From positions 58,835-122,834 of the forward strand of contig CAMTVO010000014.1 of the NCBI GenBank assembly GCA_947085205.1: 64,000 nucleotides of DNA. The letters are read 5' to 3'. Positions 19,077 to 27,979 of this stretch are shown in pieces (within the stretch, counting starts at the first letter, position 1; each line of letters starts with the position of its first letter). Both the position numbers and the translations under genes were made by a program. The notes under the pieces were generated by a model, which was given only the letters and a program-made list of their open reading frames with translations, made no database searches and was not told the origin of the DNA. The stretch comes from an uncultured Nitrospiraceae bacterium (GTDB lineage: Bacteria > Nitrospirota > Thermodesulfovibrionia > Thermodesulfovibrionales > Dissulfurispiraceae).

Positions 19077-20765
19077 TTACCTCTTTATCGCCATCAGCTC
19101 ATTCAACAAATCATCTGTGGTTGTAATAACCCTCGTATTCGCCTGAAAGCCCCTCTGATACGCAATCATCTTCACAAACTCTTCTGCAAGGTCAACATTG
19201 GATGTCTCGAGAGAACCAGCCATAACCCTTCCCCTTCCCGATGTATTAGGAGAGCCTATGATCGGACTGCCTGAAGCAGCCGATTCAGTATAAAGGTTTC
19301 TTCCCTGTTTTGAAAGCTGGGTGGAGGCTATAAACCTTGCAAGATAAATCTCTGCAATCTTTAATGTCTGTCCGTTGGTAAATGAGCCGACCATCGTGCC
19401 TGTATTATCAATTATAAGGCTCTTCAAACTTCCTGATGAATATCCGTCCTGTTGCTGGAATATGACAGAGGAGGCAGAGCCATATTGGGTAGTCTTATCC
19501 TGACCGCTTCCGCCTGCTGATGTGCCTGTTCCGAAGTCAAAGCTTATCGCCTGCCCCTGTGTCACGCCTCCTGCAAAGTCAAATGCCTGGCCCGTTGTCT
19601 GTCCATACTGCTGAATATCTCTGACAAGCTTTCCGTTTGTGTCGAACTCAAGATAGCCCTGCCCTCCAACCTGTATCTGCCCTTGAGTACTGTCTGCAGA
19701 CTGTGTAATAGCATACCAGTGCCATCTGTTTCCTGTGGTTGTCTCTGCGCCGGCGCCATCGAGGTCAACAGATTCAGCGGTCTTTCTAAAATATACGGTA
19801 ACAAGATGTCCGTAACCGAGTGAGTCATAAACAGTGATCGATGTAGTAAAATCAGATGTATTTGCTGCATTCAGAGGGTCGAACCCTACTGCTGCATAAT
19901 CAGCCGTAAATGAAGCGGCTGCCGCAGAAGGTCTAACAGACCTGAAACCCAGGATCTGTTCTATTGTTGTGTTTGTGTCTGCCAATTCAGGAGTAAAAGC
20001 GCCGGCAGCTTTGGATATTACAAATTTCGGAGGTCTGCCATCAGTGCCGGCCGTATAGCCAACAGTAAAATTCCTATCAGCTAAAGGTATCGGCTCAGCA
20101 TTCAGGGCGCCTTGAACTGCAGTTGCAAGTCCTGAACCATCGTAAGTGCCTGTAGCAATACTTACAGTATAATCGGTCCCTCCTATGTCAACCACGAGGG
20201 TTCTATTCGATGCGTCGATAGTAAATGAATCTGCAGTTCCTGAAAGAGGGTCTTTGGAGGTTGTAGCTGAATTAAGGTTCGCTGATACCTCAACATTAGC
20301 GGTCTGCTTTGGCGGGCTGTTAAGAGATGCTATATTTATAGTGCTTACCTGCCCAGCCTGAGTTCCTGTCAACAGTTTGCCTTGCAAGCGCAATCCATCG
20401 GGATTGACAATATTGCCGCTGCTGTCAAGATTAAACTGACCTGCCCTCGTGTAGTACTGGGCACCGGAAATGTCCGTCAGAATAAAAAATCCGTCTCCCT
20501 CTATTGCCATATCGAGCGGATTGGACGAACTCTCGAGGCTCCCCTGATTAAATATCGCCTGAACATTACTGATGAATGTGCCCCTTCCTACCTGAAAGGC
20601 AGCTCCGCCTCCTAAAGAAGAGCTCAAAACATCCGCAAATACAGTCCTGCTGCCTTTAAACCCGATGGTATTTGAGTTTGCTATATTGTCGCCTACAACA
20701 GAAAGCGCCTGTCCGTTTGTGCTAAGTCCACTTACTCCTGTAAAAAGTGATGTCAACATTCCCAT
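19077..20765 (-). CDS. flgE: Flagellar hook protein FlgE (long paralogue)
   Basis: SLFTGVSGL...VVGDNIANSNTIGFKGSR, YTRAGQF, YDSLG, LETSNVDLAEEF...QRGFQAN. Confidence 0.93.
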   Translation of the reverse strand: MGMLTSLFTGVSGLSTNGQALSVVGDNIANSNTIGFKGSRTVFADVLSSSLGGGAAFQVGRGTFISNVQAIFNQGSLESSSNPLDMAIEGDGFFILTDISGAQYYTRAGQFNLDSSGNIVNPDGLRLQGKLLTGTQAGQVSTINIASLNSPPKQTANVEVSANLNSATTSKDPLSGTADSFTIDASNRTLVVDIGGTDYTVSIATGTYDGSGLATAVQGALNAEPIPLADRNFTVGYTAGTDGRPPKFVISKAAGAFTPELADTNTTIEQILGFRSVRPSAAAASFTADYAAVGFDPLNAANTSDFTTSITVYDSLGYGHLVTVYFRKTAESVDLDGAGAETTTGNRWHWYAITQSADSTQGQIQVGGQGYLEFDTNGKLVRDIQQYGQTTGQAFDFAGGVTQGQAISFDFGTGTSAGGSGQDKTTQYGSASSVIFQQQDGYSSGSLKSLIIDNTGTMVGSFTNGQTLKIAEIYLARFIASTQLSKQGRNLYTESAASGSPIIGSPNTSGRGRVMAGSLETSNVDLAEEFVKMIAYQRGFQANTRVITTTDDLLNELMAIKR

Positions 20766-20786
20766 AGTAAAACCCTCCTTATTGTG

Positions 20787-22103
20787 TTAGATATTTATCA
20801 GTTTATCGAGCATTTCTTTTGCTGTCGACATGACCATACCATTGGCCTGAAATGCCCTCTGCATCATTATCATGGTAATAAACTCCTCTGCTAAATCAAT
20901 ATTGCTCATTTCAAGGGAGTTCGCAAAAACATTTCCCGCGCCTCCGGTTCCAGCCGCTGCAATTGTCTGCTGCCCGGAGAATGAAGACTCGGCAAACAGA
21001 TTATCTCCCCTTTTAGTAAGCTCGGTAGGCGCGCCGAATTTTGCAAGCGCGAGTTGGGCAACGGCTTTATCCTGTCCGTTTGAGTATTTGCCGTAAAGTA
21101 TGCCGCTCTGAGCCAATCTAAAGCTTACAAGACCGCCCTCAGGATAGCCGTCGACTTTTTGAAATACGGTAGAATATGGAGAACCATATTGTGCAGAACC
21201 GGTAAAATCTATGGTTACCGGCTGAGAAGTTGCCGCATTCCATGCAGGGTCCCATGTCAGTGTAACGCTTGCAGGGGCTGTGGGACTTGTGAGATTGCCG
21301 CTTGTATCAAATGCAAGGCTTATTATCTGCTCTCGATAATCGACGATGGTTTTACCGGCATTCCATATTATATGGGCATCCCATGCTGCGCCGACATCAG
21401 GGGTAATGCTTGTCTTTTTAAAATATATCTCCACAGGATGGGCATTGCCTGCACTGTCATAAACACTCATTGCAGCGCTGTAGTTATAAGTGTTCGCCGC
21501 AGGCCCCTTTGTAGTATTTAGAGGGTCCAGAAGGGTTCCAGACGCAAAAATAGGTTCATTCGGGTCTGCATTTAGGTTCAACTGAATTTCTGCCGCAGAT
21601 GTTGGCCTGGCATTCATTACAGGAAGTCCCTCGGCATTCAACGGTTGCATCTGTATATCGCCGAGAGTTTGCGTAATATTGCCTGCGCTGTCTGCCTGAT
21701 ACGCCTGAAGCCTCAACCCGTCAGGGTTTACCAAGTACAATCTCCTATCAAAGCCGAACTGTCCCGCCCTTGTATAAAATAGATTTCCTGCCGCCCCTGT
21801 AACCGCATCGAACTCCCTGACCATAAAAAATCCGTCTCCGTCGATTGCAAAATCGAGCGGATTATTAGTGGGCTGAAAAGCGCCCTGTGTAAACATGGTT
21901 CTCACCTCATTTGGCCTCACGCCTCTTCCCACCTGCCTCGATGCGTCTTCCCCAAGAGATGCGAGCACATCGCTGAATAAGGTGCGGCTGCCTTTGAAGC
22001 CTATAGTGTTTGTATTGGCTACATTGTTGCCTATAACAGACATGCCGAATGAGGTTGTATTAAGACCGCTTACACTTGTGTATATCGCTGATGACAGACT
22101 CAA
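20787..22103 (-). CDS. flgE: Flagellar hook protein FlgE (short paralogue)
   Basis: VIGNNVANTNTIGFKGSR, YTRAGQF, YDSAG, LEMSNIDLAEEF...QRAFQAN. Confidence 0.9.
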   Translation of the reverse strand: MSLSSAIYTSVSGLNTTSFGMSVIGNNVANTNTIGFKGSRTLFSDVLASLGEDASRQVGRGVRPNEVRTMFTQGAFQPTNNPLDFAIDGDGFFMVREFDAVTGAAGNLFYTRAGQFGFDRRLYLVNPDGLRLQAYQADSAGNITQTLGDIQMQPLNAEGLPVMNARPTSAAEIQLNLNADPNEPIFASGTLLDPLNTTKGPAANTYNYSAAMSVYDSAGNAHPVEIYFKKTSITPDVGAAWDAHIIWNAGKTIVDYREQIISLAFDTSGNLTSPTAPASVTLTWDPAWNAATSQPVTIDFTGSAQYGSPYSTVFQKVDGYPEGGLVSFRLAQSGILYGKYSNGQDKAVAQLALAKFGAPTELTKRGDNLFAESSFSGQQTIAAAGTGGAGNVFANSLEMSNIDLAEEFITMIMMQRAFQANGMVMSTAKEMLDKLINI

Positions 22104-22114
22104 GATAAACCTCC

Positions 22115-22546
22115 CTAAATTGAGACATCAATTTTTCTAATTTCGTTAAACTTTATTTCCTTAGAACCGTTCTTTACGTTTCCATACATATCTCTTTCCT
22201 GATAAACGATTGAAAAGGCAGGTTCTCCTTTCATATCTACGCTTACACCTATGACCACGCCCGTAACGCCCGTGGTATCAGTTAATTTTTTTCCAAGCAG
22301 GTCTAAAGAAAGGTATCTCTCCAGATTTTTGTTCATATTGCCCATCTGCTCAAGACTGCTGAATGTTGCCAGTTGGGATATGAATTCAGTATCCTTCATC
22401 GGATTAAGAGGGTCCTGATTTTTCAACTGGGCTATCAAGAGATTCAAAAAATCATTCTTGCCGAGCTCATTTTTGGATTTTACTGCATTATTGTCAGTGT
22501 AGGTTTTATACGCCGGGTCATTCAAAATTGGTGCTATAGATGCCAT
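22115..22546 (-). CDS. flgD: Hook capping protein FlgD
   Basis: LGKNDFLNLLIAQLKNQDPLNP...FISQLATFSSLEQ. Confidence 0.95.
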   Translation of the reverse strand: MASIAPILNDPAYKTYTDNNAVKSKNELGKNDFLNLLIAQLKNQDPLNPMKDTEFISQLATFSSLEQMGNMNKNLERYLSLDLLGKKLTDTTGVTGVVIGVSVDMKGEPAFSIVYQERDMYGNVKNGSKEIKFNEIRKIDVSI

Positions 22547-22559
22547 AACTTACCTCCTG

Positions 22560-23801
22560 TTATGCAAAATAATCAAAAAACCGATGTTTCTGCTGTTTAT
22601 TCTGTTTCTGCTGATGCTGATTTGCATCTTCCTGCTGCTGCCTCTTGCCGCTGTCTGAATAATAATCCTCCTTTACATCAACGAAGAAATCGCTAACCTT
22701 GATGCCTGAATTCTCAAGAGATGCCTTTATCTGCGGCATAGCTGCTGAAAACAAATCCCTTACAACATTGGAGTCAACCCTGAAATCGGCTCTCAGCACA
22801 CCGCTATTGTCTATCCTCAGTTTTATCTGTATGCTTCCAAGGTCAGGCGGTTCAAGTCTTATTATTAAATGCTTGTCTCCTGCGCCGAGCGTCTTCATAA
22901 TCGGTTCGCTGATTTCGTTCAGTCTGCTTGCATGCACCATTTCCTTTACTACAGTCTCGCCTTTATTGCTTGCCGCATGCTGAACATGCGTAACACCGGC
23001 AGGCATTTCCTTATTATTATTCCCTGACGAAAAAGACTTCTCTCCTGCATCCATATCCGTTCCGACATCTCCGACTTTCATCACAGCAGCATTATTTTCA
23101 GCCCCTATGGATACCTTAATCTGCATCTTCAAATCCTTATCGCCTCCTTCGATGTTAGACAAAGGCGCAGCAACCTTAAACTGCTTTAATTGTTCAACTG
23201 CAGCATTATTTGCAATGCCGTCTTTAGACAAGCCTCTAATTTCCTGAATATTATTTTTTAAAGAACTGACTTGATCTTCAACAAAAGAGGTTTTAAAGTC
23301 TTGCAACAAATAATTTCCGTTGCCATTTGCATGCACCTTCCCCTTACCCACCTCCCCTTGAGGGAAGGGGATTATATGTGCACCCTCTCCCCTTGCGGGA
23401 GAGGGTGTGGGGGAGGAGGCAGACTGCCTGCTGTCATTGCTAAAAACTAAGGGCTGCGGCAGTATCGCAGTCTGTGCGTTCAGCGCAGAAGCCGTCATCT
23501 GCTGAATGATACTCATAATGTTTTCATCCGTTAAACTCTGACCGCTGCTCTCCACTGACATGCCTTTCAGGAATTCGCTGCCGTTAACCGGCTGCCCGTC
23601 TTTATTTGCGAACAAACCGCTGTCAGCGCTCATCATTGCATTATTAAGTCCCGAAAATATTGCGGCAAGAATCGCTATAAAGCTTCCGGCTTCCGCTAAA
23701 TTTTGTCCGTCCTGCATATTCTGGGGAAAAATCGAACCGGATTTCACATTGCCGGCTGCATTAACTGAATTCATATTTACCTGAAACAGATTATTAAGCA
23801 T
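22560..23801 (-). CDS. fliK: Hook-length control protein FliK
   Basis: C-terminal IRLEPPDLGSIQIKL...IKASLENSGI; upstream of flgD. Confidence 0.88.
   Translation of the reverse strand: MLNNLFQVNMNSVNAAGNVKSGSIFPQNMQDGQNLAEAGSFIAILAAIFSGLNNAMMSADSGLFANKDGQPVNGSEFLKGMSVESSGQSLTDENIMSIIQQMTASALNAQTAILPQPLVFSNDSRQSASSPTPSPARGEGAHIIPFPQGEVGKGKVHANGNGNYLLQDFKTSFVEDQVSSLKNNIQEIRGLSKDGIANNAAVEQLKQFKVAAPLSNIEGGDKDLKMQIKVSIGAENNAAVMKVGDVGTDMDAGEKSFSSGNNNKEMPAGVTHVQHAASNKGETVVKEMVHASRLNEISEPIMKTLGAGDKHLIIRLEPPDLGSIQIKLRIDNSGVLRADFRVDSNVVRDLFSAAMPQIKASLENSGIKVSDFFVDVKEDYYSDSGKRQQQEDANQHQQKQNKQQKHRFFDYFA
23336..23419. repeat. Pair of inverted CCCTCTCCC-type palindromic elements in-frame in fliK
   Basis: CCCTCTCCCCTTGCGGGAGAGGG plus an oppositely oriented degenerate copy; encodes SSPTPSPARGEGAHIIPFPQGEVGKGK. 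Confidence 0.75.
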
Positions 23802-23834
23802 CCAGAACCCTCCAGATAGATTTGGAAAGTAATA

Positions 23835-23851
23835 CGCAATAGATATGCCAA
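23835..23851 (-). promoter_or_regulatory. Sigma54 promoter of fliK-flgD-flgE-flgE
   Basis: Minus strand TTGGCAT-ATCTA-TTGCG, canonical -24/-12 spacing. Confidence 0.8.
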
Positions 23852-23957
23852 GATTGCGTAAAGCGTAAAGTATTAACCCGAAAAATGCAATTGAACGCTA
23901 ATCATGAGCAGGCATGGGCGGATAAAAGGCTTTACCATCGCCACCTTAATTGCTTCA

Positions 23958-24079
23958 GACTGGATTGTCCGGTCAATCCCCCGGTCAAGCCGGAGGAGGA
24001 CAATGACAGACTTACAGGGGTATCCTAAAATTTGTCATTCCCCGACCCCTCCCCCCTGACTTGATCAGGGGAAGGGGGT
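23958..24079. repeat. Two TGTCATT-family palindromic elements with nested hairpins
   Basis: GACTGGATTGTCC...GGACAATGACA (23958-24008) and TGTCATTCCCCGACCCC...CTTGATCAGGGG...GGGGT (24033-24079). Confidence 0.65.
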
Positions 24080-24109
24080 GCATTTTGGGGATTACTGGGA
24101 AGTTTTTTC

Positions 24110-24643
24110 CTACTGGGAAGTTTTTTCCTGCAGAACTTTCCCTTTTATAAGGAGCTTTTTTGAAAGTGATGCAGCTATGTCGCTTTCAATTTGGGCGAGT
24201 ATCTTGCCTGCAATTTTAGGTTTGAGGGAATTAAGTATTATTACCGCTGTATCTTCGTCGAGTTTCTCTAATCTTCTTGCAGCCTCTTCAGACGGCATCG
24301 ACTCGTACATCTTTGCAACTTTGAGCAGGCCTTCCTGAATCTTAATATCTAAAGCCTTCTGCGCTTCTTCTATCTCCTTTTTCAGTTTTTTATATTCCTC
24401 GATTTTCTTTTGAATGTCATCCCTGAGCACCTTCAGTCTTTCCTCCTCCAGAGACTTCTGCGGAAATTGTATGGTTTGTTGCTGCTGCTTTTGCTGAGGA
24501 GGCTGCTGAGCATGAACCAAAGAGTGAAGAGTGAACAGTGAAAAGTGAAGAGTGAACAAAAAAATAATAATGGATAACGAGCAAGAATCGCCGAGTCTAT
24601 CCAGGAAATTAGAAATATGTTTACTCCTCAACTCATAACTCAT
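24110..24643 (-). CDS. MotE/MgtE_N-like periplasmic flagellar protein
   Basis: Coiled coil then KVAKMYESMPSEEAARRLEKL...LKPKIAGKILAQI; follows fliJ; true start uncertain. Confidence 0.75.
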   Translation of the reverse strand: MSYELRSKHISNFLDRLGDSCSLSIIIFLFTLHFSLFTLHSLVHAQQPPQQKQQQQTIQFPQKSLEEERLKVLRDDIQKKIEEYKKLKKEIEEAQKALDIKIQEGLLKVAKMYESMPSEEAARRLEKLDEDTAVIILNSLKPKIAGKILAQIESDIAASLSKKLLIKGKVLQEKTSQ

Positions 24644-25080
24644 AACTGCCTCTTTCTATGGTGTCCTGTAGCAGCATGCTCGTCTGTCCTTATCTGCTCC
24701 TTCCTCTTAGACTCTTTTTTAGACGCAGACTTTTGTTTTTCATCAAGCTTCTCGAATATCTTTTTCTCTTTTGATGCCTCAACCAGATGCTTCCTTGCAT
24801 TCTCTACCTGTTTCTCTTTTTCTGAAATAACCTTTTTCTGATGCTGTATCTTAATCAATAAATGTTCCAGATATTCGCTCAGCTTTTTTATCTCTTCAAT
24901 ATTAACCAACTCATCAGTGCTGCACTCTAATTTTTTGCCGGTTAAATTGTACTTATCTTCCAAGTCATAAAGCCTTTTTTCTTCTGCTGCAAGCTCTTTG
25001 AGGAGTATTGCAAAGCGGTTTTTTGCCTCATCCTCCTTCCACCTCTTGAGGTTTAAAAGACTTTTAAGCGGAGTCCGCAT
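24640..25080 (-). CDS. fliJ: Flagellar export protein FliJ
   Basis: LKSLLNLKRWKEDEA...LVEASKEKKIFEKL...EQIRTDE; follows fliI. Confidence 0.85.
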   Translation of the reverse strand: MRTPLKSLLNLKRWKEDEAKNRFAILLKELAAEEKRLYDLEDKYNLTGKKLECSTDELVNIEEIKKLSEYLEHLLIKIQHQKKVISEKEKQVENARKHLVEASKEKKIFEKLDEKQKSASKKESKRKEQIRTDEHAATGHHRKRQL

Positions 25081-26404
25081 ATATTTTATACAACTCATTT
25101 AATCCATCTTCAAAGGTAACCCTGTTTTCTATGTCCTGTTTCAGAAATGACCTTATCCTGTCCATCATCTTTATTGCATAATCGAGTTTCGGATTCGTGC
25201 CTTCTTTGTATGCGCCTATGGTAATAACATCCTCATATCTCTTATAAATCGCCATTATGTCGAGCGTCTTTTCGACATGCGTCTTATGCCTGTCGTCGGT
25301 TATATCCTTCATTAATCTGCTTATGCTCTGAAGCACATCTATTGCAGGATAGTGGTTGTGATTCGCAAGCTCTCTCGACAAAACTATGTGTCCGTCTAAA
25401 ACAGACCTCGCCGCATCTGCAATAGGCTCATTCATGTCGTCGCCTTCGACAAGAACTGTATAAAGTCCTGTAATTGTGCCTTCTCTATCGCAGGTGCCGG
25501 CCCTCTCAAGGAGTTTTGGAAGCAGATTAAAAACCGACGGAGGATAGCCCTTTGTCGTAGGCGGCTCTCCTGTTGCAAGACCTATCTCTCTCTGCGCCAT
25601 CGCAAACCTTGTGAGAGAATCCATCATAAAAAGAACGTTTCTTCCGTGAGACCTGAAATATTCGGCAATTGCAGTGGCGACAAACGCTCCTCTTATCCTT
25701 ATCAGCGGCGAGGTATCCGACGTGGCGACAACGATTACAGACCTTCTGAGTCCTTCATCACCGAGGTCTTTTTCTATAAATTCCCTTACCTCCCTGCCTC
25801 TTTCGCCTATAAGCGCTATAACATTGACATCAGCAGTGGTATTCCTTGCCATCATACCTAACAGGACGCTCTTGCCGATGCCGCTTCCTGCCATTATGCC
25901 TATCCTCTGACCTTTGCCGCAGGTTAGCATCGTATTGACAGCCTTTATTCCGAGGTCGAGAGGTTCTGAAATGCGACGCCTGTACAATGGGTTGATAGGC
26001 TCATTGTATATGGGATAAAGCTGCCCTGTTATATAACCTTTGCCGTCTATAGGATTGCCCAGGCCGTCAAGAATCCTTCCTAAAAGCCTCTCGCCGACCC
26101 TTACATATCGCTGCCTTCCTTTTGCTATTATTCTTGAGCCGGGGCCGATACCCCTGATATCTCCGAGGGGCATCAAAAGTATCTTGTCCTCTTTAAAACC
26201 TACAACTTCTGCCTCAATAAATTCGGAGTTCAGAGTTTGAAGTTCTGTCTGGATAAGGCATACATCGCCTATATTCGCACGGGGACCAAGTCCCTCAATA
26301 ACAAGACCGACCCCTTTGTTTACCCTTCCATAAACCTTGACAGGGTCGGTCTCCCTTATAAACTCTCTACACTTCTCTATCAGTTGCTGTGCTGAGTGCA
26401 TCAT
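25064..26404 (-). CDS. fliI: Flagellar export ATPase FliI
   Basis: GKGQRIGIMAGSGIGKS, LIGERGREVREF, DSLTRFAMAQREIGL. Confidence 0.97.
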   Translation of the reverse strand: MMHSAQQLIEKCREFIRETDPVKVYGRVNKGVGLVIEGLGPRANIGDVCLIQTELQTLNSEFIEAEVVGFKEDKILLMPLGDIRGIGPGSRIIAKGRQRYVRVGERLLGRILDGLGNPIDGKGYITGQLYPIYNEPINPLYRRRISEPLDLGIKAVNTMLTCGKGQRIGIMAGSGIGKSVLLGMMARNTTADVNVIALIGERGREVREFIEKDLGDEGLRRSVIVVATSDTSPLIRIRGAFVATAIAEYFRSHGRNVLFMMDSLTRFAMAQREIGLATGEPPTTKGYPPSVFNLLPKLLERAGTCDREGTITGLYTVLVEGDDMNEPIADAARSVLDGHIVLSRELANHNHYPAIDVLQSISRLMKDITDDRHKTHVEKTLDIMAIYKRYEDVITIGAYKEGTNPKLDYAIKMMDRIRSFLKQDIENRVTFEDGLNELYKIYADSA

Positions 26405-27017
26405 AGACTTCCTTTATCTGTTCTTCTATCCGCGCATCTACTTCACCGGTACGTGTTTCTATATAACAGCCGCCGGGAGGGATTGTCGTCTGCGGCTCTA
26501 CAGCGATATTCTTCAAGCCGGATTGTTCCTTTAATAAATTCATATTTGCAATGATAACTTCATAATCGAGCGGATTTACCTTTATGACTATACTCTCCTC
26601 GCTCTCCTCAACCTTTTTTATTGCATCCCGCGCTATATACATAACAATGTTTTTATCAAGCTCTACTTCTTTGTGGATAATCTTTCTTGCAATTTCCATC
26701 GAGAGGTCTATAATCTGAGACAACAGTTCGTTAAGTCTCTTCGTCTTAAATCCCTCCAGTTCCTTAATAATCCCCTCAATGCGTTTGATCTTCAACGCGC
26801 TCTCTTTTTCGCCGTCATTTGTTCCCTTTTCGTAGCCTGAGGCATATCCCTTTTCATAGCCTTCGTTCTCGAATATCTTTACTTTCGCCTGAATGTCCTC
26901 TTCTTTTATTTCCTGCTTCCTGATGACATTTTTATGTGATAAGTCCTCTTCAAACTGTACAGGCTTGTAAGGTTGAACAGAATCTATGCCGTTGTTAGAC
27001 GATGACTTCTTCTCCAC
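26367..27017 (-). CDS. fliH: Flagellar assembly protein FliH
   Basis: GYEKGYASGYEKG GxxxG repeats, IKVNPLD, GGCYIET. Confidence 0.9.
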   Translation of the reverse strand: MEKKSSSNNGIDSVQPYKPVQFEEDLSHKNVIRKQEIKEEDIQAKVKIFENEGYEKGYASGYEKGTNDGEKESALKIKRIEGIIKELEGFKTKRLNELLSQIIDLSMEIARKIIHKEVELDKNIVMYIARDAIKKVEESEESIVIKVNPLDYEVIIANMNLLKEQSGLKNIAVEPQTTIPPGGCYIETRTGEVDARIEEQIKEVYDALSTATDREV

Positions 27018-27975
27018 CCTTGCCCCCTATGACAATCTTGCCCTCTTCTTCGAGTCTCCTCGCCACCCTCACTATATTCATCTGAGCCTTCTCAACATCG
27101 GAAACCCTCACAGCGCCTTTTGACTCCATCTCTTCTTTCAATATCAGGACCGCCCTCTGGGACATATTTTTGAATATCTTTGCTTTAAGTTCATCGGATG
27201 CCATCTTCAATGCGAGCGCAAGGTCGTCGGTAGTTATCTCCTTAAGCACCATCTGTATACCCCTGTCGTCGATATGGATGAGGTCGTCAAAGGTGAACAT
27301 GAGTTTTCTTATCTCGTCGGCAAGTATCTGGTCTTTTTCTTCTATGTTTTTCAATATCAAGTCTTCGGATGACCTGTCCATCTGGTTCAGTATTTCGGCT
27401 ACTGTTCTGATTCCGCCGATCTTTCTGCCCTTTGTATAGCTCTGAAGTTGCGACTGGAGGACATCTTCCAGCTCTCCTAATATTGCCGGAGAAATCTGGT
27501 CGAGGCTCGCTATCCGCAATGAAACGTCTATTTTGATATGCTCAGGGAGCTTTGCAAGCACCTCCGCACCCTGAGTAGGTTCGAGATGCGCAAGGACAAT
27601 GGCGATAGTCTGGGGATGTTCCCGGGTAAGCATACTGGCTACAGCACCTGAATCGAGCCACCTCAGTATGTCGAATGCGCTTGCGCCGCTCTCTATCTTA
27701 TCCATTAATTTTTTTGCCTGATCCTCGCCAAAAGCCTTCATCAGTATTTTCTTAATGTACTCCTCGTCCACTGCGAGCATGGCGGTTTCTGCTTTATCAT
27801 AAAAATCCTTAACCACTACCTTTGCCTCATCCGGAGAAAGCTTTACCTTTGCCATCATAGGAACAATCCTTGCTAATTCAAGTGGGTCAAAATGTTTGAA
27901 GATTTGTGTAGCAGCTTCTTCTCCTATTACGGAAAGAAATGCAGCAACCTTTTCCACGCCGCTGAGCTTTCTCAT
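26995..27975 (-). CDS. fliG: Motor switch protein FliG
   Basis: EHPQTIA, GG linker, MFTFDDL, NMSQRA. Confidence 0.97.
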   Translation of the reverse strand: MRKLSGVEKVAAFLSVIGEEAATQIFKHFDPLELARIVPMMAKVKLSPDEAKVVVKDFYDKAETAMLAVDEEYIKKILMKAFGEDQAKKLMDKIESGASAFDILRWLDSGAVASMLTREHPQTIAIVLAHLEPTQGAEVLAKLPEHIKIDVSLRIASLDQISPAILGELEDVLQSQLQSYTKGRKIGGIRTVAEILNQMDRSSEDLILKNIEEKDQILADEIRKLMFTFDDLIHIDDRGIQMVLKEITTDDLALALKMASDELKAKIFKNMSQRAVLILKEEMESKGAVRVSDVEKAQMNIVRVARRLEEEGKIVIGGKGGEEVIV

Positions 27976-27979
27976 TGCG

